A stretch of DNA of 64,000 nt from a virus. The notes under the pieces are model-generated. The model saw nothing but the letters and a program-made list of their open reading frames with translations, was not told the DNA's origin and did no database searches. The stretch covers positions 1-64,000 of the IMG/VR virus record IMGVR_UViG_3300036944_000550; one strand, 5' to 3'. Shown here in pieces: positions 49,101 to 58,089 of this stretch; the first letter of the stretch is position 1; each line of letters starts with the position of its first letter. The translations under genes were made by a program, and so were the position numbers.

Positions 49101-49467
49101 GTGTTTTCAAGTCAGGAGATTCTGCTTGAGTACCAGTTGCTGCATCAAGAATTACTGCGGTGATTCCTGATGTTGCACCAGTTACCGTATCGCCAATATA
49201 ATCTACTAGTGTGTCATTATCTACTCCAGCATCAAGGATCTTAACGAATGCTCTCTGAGAATCCAGTTTGAATTCACAACCTTGGACGACTGAACCATTC
49301 TTGAAAATATGGTTTCCGAATTTACCAATTTGAGATTGCAACAGAGTTTGTAGTTGCGTAAGTTCGCGTGCCTGTACTGCATATCCAGGACGGAACAAAA
49401 CTCGATTGAAATTTTTTGCATCGTCAAAGTCATCATAGTATGGAGATACATTTAAATTCAGTGCCAT
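43150..49467 (-). CDS. giant baseplate/virion structural protein (DUF4815 / VrlC-like)
   Basis: PYYDDFD..KNF.RVLFRPGYAVQARELTQLQ, APGADR, ARRTYDESGNY, RYTMRDIG.LE.RI, DPIAQTF, P.VRELRAIAL. Confidence 0.88.
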   Translation of the reverse strand: MALNLNVSPYYDDFDDAKNFNRVLFRPGYAVQARELTQLQTLLQSQIGKFGNHIFKNGSVVQGCEFKLDSQRAFVKILDAGVDNDTLVDYIGDTVTGATSGITAVILDAATGTQAESPDLKTLYLRYTSGDGSTTAVHFTGGETLTVTSTTAGRNGDTFVVDTTYDEAEPTNSYWGLASALTVDDGIVYIDGKFVNHETQTIILSKYSNLPSVKVGFQIVEDTVSAEDDQTLLDPAQGSFNYAAPGADRYQVTTTLVAYESTDTIPPTFNQLVEIISGEVQRIYTANIYGELGKNMARRTYDESGNYAVRQFPVLIKEHLNVDDNNGLRTLNTVDPERGGSKDLLAIGLEAGKAYVRGYEHETFQTEYVVVPKGLTTVNQQEIPISTAYGNYILVDEFCGMWDLNTGDKVSLRSIAAGAITATTFSATAAAGSQVGTARVKQIVYESGTVGTAAAEYRLYLYDIAMSSGDFKDVRGIFYNDTADGHADIVLVGGNAVLQETSFNKSLYRIPARATKTIAPSAVYDNSFIYTKEFDGELSITGGVTITLSGDETFPYDSFTNTIRNNNFTMVMKEAATIDGDSRPIGSIINLTTVEATFTKNSAQSITIDLTGSLAAAPKQVKLYVNVQTANAQPILKVLREDRYAIINTNTHPSTNTGTYSLGLSDVYQIKNIFIGANTDTDAAVVAAGVDIASSFTLDNGQRDNEYRNAKIIKKPSAPSLTNKKLVIKLDFFTHDGASADGTFFVVDSYPIDDTGAAAGTIKTQDIPIYRSPLTGESFDLRDTLDFRVRYADSAANSTTVGSATTNPTESTTLSAPSVGITNPVPTEQFITDLEYYLGRTDRLIIDSEGVFSTIYGTPSLIPGIPAEPDNCMSLAIITIPPYPSLAPNVAKSVNRPDYGVTFRSIDNRRYTMRDIGVLEQRINRLEYYTSLTLLEKAASDLSIPDGSGLDRFKNGILVDAFTGHNIGNVFDSAYHISIDPVKKELRPFFYLENIDLAFDYTNSTNVYKTGDLITLPYTNIMMTENTSASKPRNCVGELLFNYIGNMELDPPVDNWTDTSMQPDVSVNFDGNYDAWETMADAWGTQYGDWQDVVTGRTATGQTSQTVAGNTQIRGDTLFQEQTQVITTTTEQRQTRQGVSISVTPETQSQRIGARVTDTSIIPFMRSVVITFIAKRMKPNTRVFPFFDGIGVATHCRPLSFDPTTDIPPTDPAAYSSYAIAGNSGAYGASLITNAQGICVGQFRIPAATFRTGDKNFRLCDDEFNRDTFITTASTQTWSANGLSQSVQDTVVSTRVANVAINNVSDSRSVFETSTTENRLADRNVGVVQTTVNNTFTTVNNITNIENTVITPPPPPPPPPPPGTPPPPTLPPVVVADPPVITPTPPPTPTAPVVPVAETPTPNPCEPVTTCTPAQEIQIGGFGGFGGLVFGSFETISLPEICNTVNPCAPPVRGRDPIAQTFYVEGMPFGCYATNLDVYFRTKSSSAPITLQLREVVNGYPGNRVIPFGEVTLNPADVSVSETAATATTFTFPSPVYLQNNTEYCFVLLPAGNNPDYNIWVSELGENELGTENRISEQPHVGLLFTSANDRSWTAHQAEDIKFTLRRANFEINTVGSLVMRNMDVDFLKFDSFTNGNFEAGDVIHGFSFNITNAGTGYTNGTITHTLSGGGATTNATVAVTIAGGSVTNVAVINPGAGYNTTTGTLAATVATSGTAGQFTCGASSLSVGDTVTITGTRAGTGTITGYTSGTVYKVSAVTGTSPNVTGFTLQTSGGAAIVTTAGTLTGLTYVTTSNPRLTISSGSGSAAAVAVTLNRGFVKQYDSLYNVGKILVNLGSFTAADIIGNGTSYAEITEIENKQLNVLETNIGSIDHTPATISWSVAPTATGAGAGGTTFEGINFGQEYELSYEAQIYSYSNEQTDLDGDKSLTVRAGMMTQTSTVSPVIDTRKCSIIAIANDVNNLTTTETGNNGSAASKYISRRVVLDDGQDAEDLKVYLSNQIPVGCDVKVYGKFQEATDPSNFDDLAWIELEAVNPPLSTTAKSGYVEYQYTIPTANKNAGVLEYTVGSATYSGYKSFAVKVIPLSTNSSVVPRVRELRAIALQV

Positions 49468-49482
49468 ATTTTATGTTCTCTC

Positions 49483-51099
49483 TTAAAATTTTAGAATTGC
49501 TCTAATTTTCTCTACCTGATCTTCTTGACGAACGATGAATTCTCTGTTATCCAGATATATAATTTCGCCTGTTTTGTTGTCAAGTTCAGGTTCTACCACA
49601 CTATTTATAGTCAATCCAGTCAAAGATTGCGTAGTATTACTGAGTATACTAGAAGATGTTATTATTGGTATTATAGGAAGAAGGTATATACTTTCCAATG
49701 AACCATCGTTGTTGGCATCAACCTTTTGAACGACAATAAATTTACCGCCGCTGTCAGTTGTAATCACATCATCCAAGGCATAACTAGCAGGAGATGAAGT
49801 GTTAATAATGTAACAGCAGGTTCCCGTGGAATCTTGAAAATTATTATTAGTATCAAAAATTAATGGATTTTTAACCAATCCGATTTGTCGGAAATCATTA
49901 TTCAGAAACAGATCAGCAGTGTCATTTGTTAAATTGACAGAGAATCCAACATTAGTTGCAAACAGTTCTTTTTGTGCATTCGCACCATGACCTGCTCTTG
50001 GTGAAATAACTGCAATTATACTAGCACCAGATCCTTCTACGCCATCAATAGTAATGTCAGCAAAAGAATAACCAGTACCACGATTTGTTATAGTAATTGA
50101 AAGAATTGCTCCATCATCTGGATCAATTTCTAGTGTTGCTTCTGCCCCAGAACCATCACCAATGATTCCAACCGATGCATCGTTTTCTTGGTAATCGATG
50201 CCGCCAGAAAGAATTTCTATGCGATCAATTGTTCCTGGAATAGCAGCATTCTCAACGTTTTGTTGCGCAGTACCAGACTCAGTAGCGCCCAAGGTGACAG
50301 AAGCCGCAGCACCAGATCCACCACCACCCGAGAATGTGATGTACGCAAAACTATAACCTTCGCCTGGATTTGTCAGAGAAATATTTGTAAGAACTCCCGC
50401 ACCAGAAACCGTAGCAGTTGCAACTGCACCAGTACCATCACCATTTATGATAACTGTTGGTGCAGTTTCATATGAAGAACCAGTATTGGTAATAGTAATA
50501 GTGTCGATACGTCCATTAACATCAAATGCAGGATCACCAGAACCTGCAATTTTTCTCACAGGGATAAATTCTGGTGTGAGAAACTTTGTCTTATCTGATG
50601 CCTCGACCTTAAACATAAACTTCCAGATATATCCATCTGCTGTTTCAATCGCAGAAGTAGAAGTTCCTGTTGGTTTAGTGGTGCTTTGAGAATTACCATC
50701 ATTGAAGATGCACTTATAAACATGGTCGTCATCAGTTAGCACATAAAATTCTGCATCTTTGAGCGATAGAGCACCACTGTTTGCAGCATATGCGTCACCA
50801 TTCGCATCTAGTTCGCCATATTTGTCATCATACTGATCATAAACTGTTCCTGACGCCCAGTTGATTCTAGGAATCATAAGAACTGTGTCGCTCGACTGAA
50901 TACGTTTAACGAACAGCATGTTTCTATTTGACGTGTTCGCATAACGCACAGAATCTACTGGATCTTCGGGTGATTCTTCGTCATCCCATTCAGTTGTTCT
51001 GCCTACAAAGAAATAGTAGAAGTCGTTCTCGTTGTAAATATCACGATAAAGACTTCTTGCTATTTCTGTGCGACCTGCTGATCGTAAAAGAAGTGTCAT
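49483..51099 (-). CDS. gp8: baseplate wedge subunit
   Basis: PRINW.SGTVYD.Y, FYVLTD..VYKCI.N, DGYIWKFM, GEIIYLDNR..I.R..DQ.E.I. Confidence 0.88.
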   Translation of the reverse strand: MTLLLRSAGRTEIARSLYRDIYNENDFYYFFVGRTTEWDDEESPEDPVDSVRYANTSNRNMLFVKRIQSSDTVLMIPRINWASGTVYDQYDDKYGELDANGDAYAANSGALSLKDAEFYVLTDDDHVYKCIFNDGNSQSTTKPTGTSTSAIETADGYIWKFMFKVEASDKTKFLTPEFIPVRKIAGSGDPAFDVNGRIDTITITNTGSSYETAPTVIINGDGTGAVATATVSGAGVLTNISLTNPGEGYSFAYITFSGGGGSGAAASVTLGATESGTAQQNVENAAIPGTIDRIEILSGGIDYQENDASVGIIGDGSGAEATLEIDPDDGAILSITITNRGTGYSFADITIDGVEGSGASIIAVISPRAGHGANAQKELFATNVGFSVNLTNDTADLFLNNDFRQIGLVKNPLIFDTNNNFQDSTGTCCYIINTSSPASYALDDVITTDSGGKFIVVQKVDANNDGSLESIYLLPIIPIITSSSILSNTTQSLTGLTINSVVEPELDNKTGEIIYLDNREFIVRQEDQVEKIRAILKF

Positions 51100-51105
51100 T
51101 TTATA

Positions 51106-51555
51106 TTACGAGATCGTAACCGTCCAAGTGATAGTCATGCTGTCTGATGCACCCTTGTTGATGACAGCAAATTCAGTGCGGCAAAGCATTGTTCCGCTGG
51201 TCAGAGCATTGAAGATACCTGCTTCAGTTACCGCACCAGTACCTGCACCAGCACCAAACGTTGCAACATATTCAATTGCGTTTGCTGTTACCGTTGTTGA
51301 AGTCAAAGCAACACGTGCACCGAGTGCAGTTTCAAGAGCAGTATCACCTGCTGCTGGATTTGTTGTACCCGAACCAACACCCATGTGCGTCATAGCAGTA
51401 AGAGTGGTGTCTTTCATGCGCGAAGCAATATAAGCAAGACCAGTGTTAACAACAAGGTTAGGGACAGTTACTTCTTGAGTAACATTACCTGCTTCGTCGC
51501 GAAGAACGATGTTTAGTTCGCCCTTAGTACCTTTTACGTTTTCGATTAGTTTCAT
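51106..51555 (-). CDS. conserved tail/baseplate structural protein
   Basis: NLVVNTG, HMGVGSG, TEAGIFN..GTMLCRT.F.VINK, ITWTVT. Confidence 0.7.
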   Translation of the reverse strand: MKLIENVKGTKGELNIVLRDEAGNVTQEVTVPNLVVNTGLAYIASRMKDTTLTAMTHMGVGSGTTNPAAGDTALETALGARVALTSTTVTANAIEYVATFGAGAGTGAVTEAGIFNALTSGTMLCRTEFAVINKGASDSMTITWTVTIS

Positions 51556-51613
51556 TTGTTTTACCTTCTTCTTAGTTGAAAAACAGGTTAATTTATCACC
51601 TGAGTATAATGTA

Positions 51614-51621
51614 TATTTATA
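51614..51621 (-). promoter_or_regulatory. T4-type late promoter
   Basis: TATAAATA upstream of the 51555 ORF. Confidence 0.65.
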
Positions 51622-51659
51622 TAGACTGCTTTTATTTATTCGGGTTTTATATTGTTATT

Positions 51660-54600
51660 TTAGATATCAAACCGCCCACGAAGAGCAGTAAAGTTTTGTG
51701 TAATTTCTGCGTCCGATAAGGCACGATCGTAGATCATTGCCACACCAATATTACCTTTGAAAAATCTACTACTATTGAGATCATCCCAACCAATTTTTAT
51801 ATCATCCAGAGTAGTGCTAGTATGAGATACAGTATTGGTGGCAGAGGTAATTCCACTAGATTGGCACAAATATGCCTTTGCTGATGTGCTGGTAACGGAA
51901 ACTGCAACCATGCACCATGTTGAATCTGGAATAAGTAGTCCACTATCCCATTGATAGGTATTAATGGCATTGTTCCAAGTATATGAAAGTTTATTGGTTG
52001 TACCGTAAACCGTTAATCCAGTAGCAGTTGCGCTTCTAGAATACATGATACCATCATAATCATCCTGAGGGCCGTTTCGTTTTATCCAGACTATAAAAGT
52101 TGCTGCCGATGTTGTAAGTGATCCTGAACATTGGACATAGTCATTGGTACCATCAAACACGATGGACCCACCATCTGCACTGCTATATGTTGGTCCATTG
52201 GTTAATGTTCCACTGTGGTCACCACCACTCATATCAGTCCATGTAGTGCCAGTTCCTGAGTAACTTAGAGAGTTACCTGCATCAAGATTCAATATAGAAT
52301 TGGGAACAGGGAATGATGAATTGGTGCCAGCAAAGGTCATGGACTGACCAACATAATCTGAACCGAAATCGCCTTCGATATAATTTTGAACGTTAATGAT
52401 TCCATCTTCAGTAACTGCTACTGTTTCAAATATGCCTTTGAGTACATCTAAAAGCGATTGTTCAGTTGCTGCAATAGATTCTATTGTTTCAGAATCATTT
52501 GCGACGATTAATAATTCAGTGGCACCTGCATCATCAGTTTTAACCAGATAAGGAATTATGCCGATTGTATCAGTTGATGTAACGGAATCTGTCAAAGATT
52601 TATACAGATGGTTGAATGAAGTTTCAGTAGCATTTGCCTCATCTACATCAATTGCTTCATCATTACCAGGACGCTCTATACCTGCGCTGGTATATTCATG
52701 TGTGATCACAGATTCTGCAAACGTTCTATAATACTCTACAGTTCTGGTAAACGATTCGGTCGCAATAACAGCATCTTCACCTGCTATATGTTCGAATGTA
52801 GTTCCTCCGATAGAAAGATAATAACCAAATGGCATTCCAAACCCAGAAACAATAGTAATAACACCTTCACTGTTGATACTAATAGTCATAGTATAAAGAC
52901 CACCATCTTTAGTTATATCAAAGGTGGTACCGTAAAGTGCACTGGCGTTATCAAACGGAGTAACATAAGAAGGTGTTATTACTTTCGAAACTGCAAATAC
53001 ATTTGCTTCAGAAGTCGTTGCTGCTTCAGCAAGAACCTTTGCGAAATCAAATTCAGTAGTATCTGCTGCGACATAATTCTCATCGAAGAAACCGCCTTCA
53101 GCGTATGGATCTTGGAGGAAAATAGATTCTTGTAGAACCTTATCAAAATCAGTAATTGCATTTTCAGCAGTAATTGTTGTTTCGTTTACTTCTCTGACAT
53201 ATTGAACAACACGATCAAACACATCCAGTGTTTCTGTAGTATCATCTTCCGTTCCATAGATACCAACAGTAAAATCAAGAGTTGTTATATCTGCCACTGT
53301 AGCAGCATCAGCCAATACCTTAAAGACATGACTGCTATTTGCCTCTGCTACTGTTGCAGAGTCAGTAAGAACTTTTCTAAAGTTTACTGCATAATAGAAC
53401 GTATCAGCAGACAATTCTTCAAGCACAAACTCATAGATATGCAGAGGTTGTATTGGTGTTGTAATGAATTGATTGAAGTCAACCGTCTGCTCAATGGTAA
53501 GTTCACCGAAGATAGCAGTACCTGCTGGGTGAGTAGTATTCTTGACAATATCCAACCATTTATTGGATGGAACATTTGAACGAACAACATATGAGTAGTT
53601 TTGATAGTAGAAGTTATCTTGTAGTTTGTTGACATTCGACAACATACCACGCGAGTCTCTAAATCTGCCTGTCTTAACGTTTACTGCACCCGTGGTAAAC
53701 GACAGAGTAGCAGTACATCCAAGTGCTGATTCTATATCTACTGTGAATGATTCGCGCTCGAAGTCAAATCCAGTATCGAAAATACTAACTGCGGTAGGAC
53801 AACCATCAACATCAATCGCATCAATTCGAATTGATGCCTTGTTATCTCTACCAACAAGAGTATACGGATTCAGCGTAGTGTCAGTTTCATTATATTTGTT
53901 TAAAAAGTATCCAGAACTGCTTGACGTTGTAGTAACATATGTCAGACCTGTCAACGTACCAGGAGTCGTTGTTATAATACTGCCCGCAGATGTTGTTAAG
54001 GTAAACCCAGTAACATTCGGTGATACACCAGTTACTGCAGAAACTTTATAGACAGTTCCTGTCGTGTATCCAGTAATAGTTCCTGTGCCTCCACGAGTAC
54101 CAGTAATTGTTACAGTACTATTAACTGCAAGTGTTGATGGTCCACAAGTAAATTGACCCTCGGTCCCAGAAACAGCAACAGTTGCTGCAAGAGTTCCAGT
54201 TGTCCCTGAATTAAATTCTACAGTATATGAACCTACTGATCCAGATTCATCGATCGAGTAAATATCGCCGACTGAGAATCCGCATGGTGGTGTCCCAGAA
54301 CAATCAATAACATCAACAGTTGAAAGTTGACGAACAACATACCCATACAGGGTTGTCGTAGTTCCAGAAACTATCTCAACCTTAGTTCGTATTGCTTCTG
54401 TGGAAAACGTAACAGCAGGCGCTGTTGAATATCCAGATCCACCGTTTGTAACTATTACGTGTGATATTTCACCAGTATCTGTCAGGATTGTTCTAGCAGT
54501 TGCAGATGTTCCTGTCGCTGAGGTAAATTGTACTGCAGGTGCTGCAAAATATCCATTACCACCATCAGTAACAGGTTCATAAAGTCTATTATTTCCTGGA

Positions 54601-55790
54601 TCTGCAGGTGCAATATTAATCCCAGTACCCAGTGTTGCATTATTTGCAGATAATGCTAATTTTATTTGGTTGGAATTTACAACAATTACGTAATATATTG
54701 CATACTCTGTTAATCCGCCGACAACATGTCCTGTGCCTCTAGTATATATTACAATATCACCAGTAGAATAACCGTGACTGTTTATTGTAATTATATTCGT
54801 GGCATCATTTACGCCTGTTGATGAGTTGAATTCCTTATACGCATCACCAACAATTGCCTTTACTTGACCACCAGAAACTAAAGCATTCGCAGAAGCGCCA
54901 GCGCCTGGAACTAAAATTCGTGCAGTTTTAGGTAAACTTGTCACCAACTCATACACGGCAGGGAAAACATATGCGAATTTAGTTACATTGCTTATGTTAG
55001 TTTCAACAGTTCGTTCATATGTTACTGATGAGACATTCTCATAATATGTAATTTTGACTGTTTTGCTGTTTAGGTCGAATGGATTTGCTGTGATAGATGA
55101 ATCAACTGCAAGTTTTAATGTTATGTCTTCAATCCAGATACCATCAGATGCACGAAGCACCTGTTCAGATGGATAAAAGATTTCTGTACGTTCATTGTAT
55201 AAGATTCTAAAGAGAAGTTCAATTGCCTTCTCAGAACCCTTTGCTTCATAGAACTGCTTGATGAATTTGATTAATCTTCTGTCATCAATCTGCGCAGTAA
55301 GCGGAAAGTTCTGTGCATACTGGTTCTTAAACTTGGGGAGGAATGTATCAAGTGTTCTGTTAATATCGAAATTCTTCTCGTAGTTGAGAAGGAAATTGTT
55401 TACCTGATTTTCTTCATCTAAAAACTCATAATATTTTTCTAGGAACGTAATGAATACAGGATACTCGACACGAACGAAATCTGGAAGTTGGTTTGCAATA
55501 AGATGACTTAATGATTGCTTGAAACCATTGTAGGCATCATCAATATACACCATGTTCGCAGTTGCTGCCGCACCAGATCCACTACCACCTGAAAATGTAA
55601 TTGTTGGCGGTGAAAGATAATTATAACCAGCAGATGTCAAAGTAATTGCAGTAACTTTACCAGAAGAAACTGTAGCAGTTGCTGTAGCATTTCCGCTGAT
55701 TGTAACTGTTGGCGCAGAGGTATAACCTGATCCACCATCAGTGACAGTTACACTAGCAACCTTCTTATAATATGAGGTGGTTTCGGTCAT
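51660..55790 (-). CDS. gp7: baseplate wedge initiator (gp7-like) with C-terminal LamG/ConA-like domain
   Basis: [45 protein letters not shown]; C-terminal [35 protein letters not shown]. Confidence 0.8.
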   Translation of the reverse strand: MTETTSYYKKVASVTVTDGGSGYTSAPTVTISGNATATATVSSGKVTAITLTSAGYNYLSPPTITFSGGSGSGAAATANMVYIDDAYNGFKQSLSHLIANQLPDFVRVEYPVFITFLEKYYEFLDEENQVNNFLLNYEKNFDINRTLDTFLPKFKNQYAQNFPLTAQIDDRRLIKFIKQFYEAKGSEKAIELLFRILYNERTEIFYPSEQVLRASDGIWIEDITLKLAVDSSITANPFDLNSKTVKITYYENVSSVTYERTVETNISNVTKFAYVFPAVYELVTSLPKTARILVPGAGASANALVSGGQVKAIVGDAYKEFNSSTGVNDATNIITINSHGYSTGDIVIYTRGTGHVVGGLTEYAIYYVIVVNSNQIKLALSANNATLGTGINIAPADPGNNRLYEPVTDGGNGYFAAPAVQFTSATGTSATARTILTDTGEISHVIVTNGGSGYSTAPAVTFSTEAIRTKVEIVSGTTTTLYGYVVRQLSTVDVIDCSGTPPCGFSVGDIYSIDESGSVGSYTVEFNSGTTGTLAATVAVSGTEGQFTCGPSTLAVNSTVTITGTRGGTGTITGYTTGTVYKVSAVTGVSPNVTGFTLTTSAGSIITTTPGTLTGLTYVTTTSSSSGYFLNKYNETDTTLNPYTLVGRDNKASIRIDAIDVDGCPTAVSIFDTGFDFERESFTVDIESALGCTATLSFTTGAVNVKTGRFRDSRGMLSNVNKLQDNFYYQNYSYVVRSNVPSNKWLDIVKNTTHPAGTAIFGELTIEQTVDFNQFITTPIQPLHIYEFVLEELSADTFYYAVNFRKVLTDSATVAEANSSHVFKVLADAATVADITTLDFTVGIYGTEDDTTETLDVFDRVVQYVREVNETTITAENAITDFDKVLQESIFLQDPYAEGGFFDENYVAADTTEFDFAKVLAEAATTSEANVFAVSKVITPSYVTPFDNASALYGTTFDITKDGGLYTMTISINSEGVITIVSGFGMPFGYYLSIGGTTFEHIAGEDAVIATESFTRTVEYYRTFAESVITHEYTSAGIERPGNDEAIDVDEANATETSFNHLYKSLTDSVTSTDTIGIIPYLVKTDDAGATELLIVANDSETIESIAATEQSLLDVLKGIFETVAVTEDGIINVQNYIEGDFGSDYVGQSMTFAGTNSSFPVPNSILNLDAGNSLSYSGTGTTWTDMSGGDHSGTLTNGPTYSSADGGSIVFDGTNDYVQCSGSLTTSAATFIVWIKRNGPQDDYDGIMYSRSATATGLTVYGTTNKLSYTWNNAINTYQWDSGLLIPDSTWCMVAVSVTSTSAKAYLCQSSGITSATNTVSHTSTTLDDIKIGWDDLNSSRFFKGNIGVAMIYDRALSDAEITQNFTALRGRFDI

Positions 55791-55793
55791 TTA

Positions 55794-57674
55794 TTATTCT
55801 TGCGAATTAGCAACTGCAGTAATCGACAGACCTGCAGGAATATTTGTAACTGAATTTGCTGCACTAGTATCCAATGTTAACACAGTATTTCTAGCAGCAT
55901 AAGGAAAAACCGCTGCCGTCGAAGAAGTGGTAGTAGATGTTAAGTCTGTTGTTAAAATATTTGGAGCATCACCAAAAGGTTCAACATAGATTCTCAATTC
56001 TGTTTCCAAATCAATTAAAAGATCTGTGATAGTTACAACACCCGTAGTGTAATCAACGCTTCCAGTGTTAGATAGAACAATTGTGTCATCAGAAACCCTC
56101 TTCATTACAAGAGTTCCAATGTCACCAACTGTTATATCATGCTGATCCGTTATATAAACATCATAGTTTTGTGTGCCAATAGTTGTATTAAAAGTCGTCG
56201 TTTTCAGAGTTTCAATTTCAAGCGGACCATTAAATCTTATTACATAATCTTCAGCAACTCCTGCAAATATTGGTATTCTTTTGTGCATCAAAACTTGGAT
56301 ACTGGAAGAGAAAATAGACTGGGTTGTTCCAACAACTGCAGAAAGCAATTTAGAATAATAAAAGTTTTTCTGTAGTTTGTTAACATTATTTGTGAAGAAA
56401 CTTTCAATTACTGTTCTAACCTCAGATTCAATTCTCGAGGAAGTTAATGACGTAATTGTTTTGTTGTAGTTGACTGAAATGTTCAACCCGATGTATGTTA
56501 CGATTGGGTCGACGAACTCGGGTTGAATCGAAACAACACTTCTTGGTCGAATAATATCTCTAGCGATAATGTCCTTATCTGCTTGGGAGACAATCGATCC
56601 AGGTAGTGGTTGAATAGATATAAATACCTTACCGTAAATAGGAGGATTGTTTTCTTCACCACCCCAAACAGCAATAGAATTGATGTTACCAAATCTGGAT
56701 CTGATCAATGTCTCGTAGTCATCAGAAGTGACAACACGATTTTTAGTAGAATTAAATTTGGGAGCATTATAACGAATACTGTCAACACTTTCCTTTTCGC
56801 GACCACCCGTCGCAGCAGATCCAAGATAGACTACTTTAGACTCCCCAGATGCAGTAAAAGTTTTTGATGGTGAAAAGTTAGGAATAGAGTTCGCTGCTGA
56901 TCCACTGCTAACAATATAATCGATGCTAACAATATTACCAACTTGCAGTTGCTGTCCGATAATATCATCACCAAATCTTACTTCATATAATCCTGATGGA
57001 CCTTCTTCAATAAAGAATGCCTTTGTAGTTTCATCGACTTCCATGATGTCATCATAGAAATTCCACGTTACAGTTGTTGTGACTGTGGATGATGTCTGCA
57101 CTCTTACTCTAACAGTAGTAGTATCAATATTTACATTCGGTAGAACAAATGGACCAGACTTATTAGATTGATCAACAATGAACGTATTAGTTACTCGCTT
57201 ACCTTCAATCAGTTCCATCGGGAAAGTAAATCCTGTTTGTCCAGTTTCAAGAGTTACTAGTCCAGAAACATAGTCCTCTTTCGGAAAGAAAGTATATGTG
57301 TTCTTTGCTGTCTTTGCAGTGAACGGTGTATCACGTAATATAGTTAAACTTGTATTGGTAAACGTAACAGGCGGATCAATCTGCAATGTTATATTGGCGC
57401 GAGCAGATTTTCTAGAAGTCGGCGTATAACCTAATGTTTTCGCAATAGATGTGACTGAATTTCTCTTGACTGCACTATCAATAAACATTTCATTTGCTTG
57501 AAGGTGTGCAAGAGTTGCATTATAATGTGTATTATATGCAAGAATATCAAGAAGTATCGTGAGACCTGCGCCATCAAAGTTGTAATCTTGGAACTCCTCT
57601 TGCGATTGCATGAAGGTTTTTAGATTTTCCTTGATAGTTGCGAAATCTAATTCAGTTACATTAAGTTGTGACAT
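55794..57674 (-). CDS. gp6: baseplate wedge subunit
   Basis: ELDF..IK.NL, LLDILAYNTHY, LGYTP.S, FGD..IG, NRVVT..DY, WGGEEN.PP.YGKVFI. Confidence 0.93.
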   Translation of the reverse strand: MSQLNVTELDFATIKENLKTFMQSQEEFQDYNFDGAGLTILLDILAYNTHYNATLAHLQANEMFIDSAVKRNSVTSIAKTLGYTPTSRKSARANITLQIDPPVTFTNTSLTILRDTPFTAKTAKNTYTFFPKEDYVSGLVTLETGQTGFTFPMELIEGKRVTNTFIVDQSNKSGPFVLPNVNIDTTTVRVRVQTSSTVTTTVTWNFYDDIMEVDETTKAFFIEEGPSGLYEVRFGDDIIGQQLQVGNIVSIDYIVSSGSAANSIPNFSPSKTFTASGESKVVYLGSAATGGREKESVDSIRYNAPKFNSTKNRVVTSDDYETLIRSRFGNINSIAVWGGEENNPPIYGKVFISIQPLPGSIVSQADKDIIARDIIRPRSVVSIQPEFVDPIVTYIGLNISVNYNKTITSLTSSRIESEVRTVIESFFTNNVNKLQKNFYYSKLLSAVVGTTQSIFSSSIQVLMHKRIPIFAGVAEDYVIRFNGPLEIETLKTTTFNTTIGTQNYDVYITDQHDITVGDIGTLVMKRVSDDTIVLSNTGSVDYTTGVVTITDLLIDLETELRIYVEPFGDAPNILTTDLTSTTTSSTAAVFPYAARNTVLTLDTSAANSVTNIPAGLSITAVANSQE

Positions 57675-57675
57675 C

Positions 57676-58074
57676 TTATCTACTTCTTCTTAGAACAGTT
57701 GAAAATGAAACGGGATCCGGAATCCCGACAACATAAAAATAAATGGAGACATTAAATGCATTCTGATCAAAGAGCGGCACAACATCTATTTGTTGTGCTC
57801 TAACTCGCGGTTCATACTTATTAATTAATAACTCTAATCTTAATTTTAAAGAGTTAGCAGTAACAATATCAACATTCTCAAACATCATACCGTAGATCGG
57901 AGAACCAATCTTGGGTTGGAATGGTCTTTCGTAAAAGTTCGTAAGAACGAGAACTTTTAGTGCCTGTTTTACAGCATTGACATCAAACTTTCTCGCAACG
58001 TCACCCGTAATTGGATGCATTGCGAAGGATAAGTCTAGATCCGAATAGATTCTGTTTACTGTTTTTGTTGTCAT
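57676..58074 (-). CDS. gp25: baseplate wedge / sheath initiator
   Basis: YSDLDLSF..HP, AVKQAL..LVLT..YERPF.P.IG, YEPRV. Confidence 0.93.
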   Translation of the reverse strand: MTTKTVNRIYSDLDLSFAMHPITGDVARKFDVNAVKQALKVLVLTNFYERPFQPKIGSPIYGMMFENVDIVTANSLKLRLELLINKYEPRVRAQQIDVVPLFDQNAFNVSIYFYVVGIPDPVSFSTVLRRSR

Positions 58075-58079
58075 ATAGT

Positions 58080-58087
58080 TATTTATA
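58080..58087 (-). promoter_or_regulatory. T4-type late promoter directly before the gp25 ATG
   Basis: TATAAATA ending 6 nt before the start codon. Confidence 0.65.
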
Positions 58088-58089
58088 TG

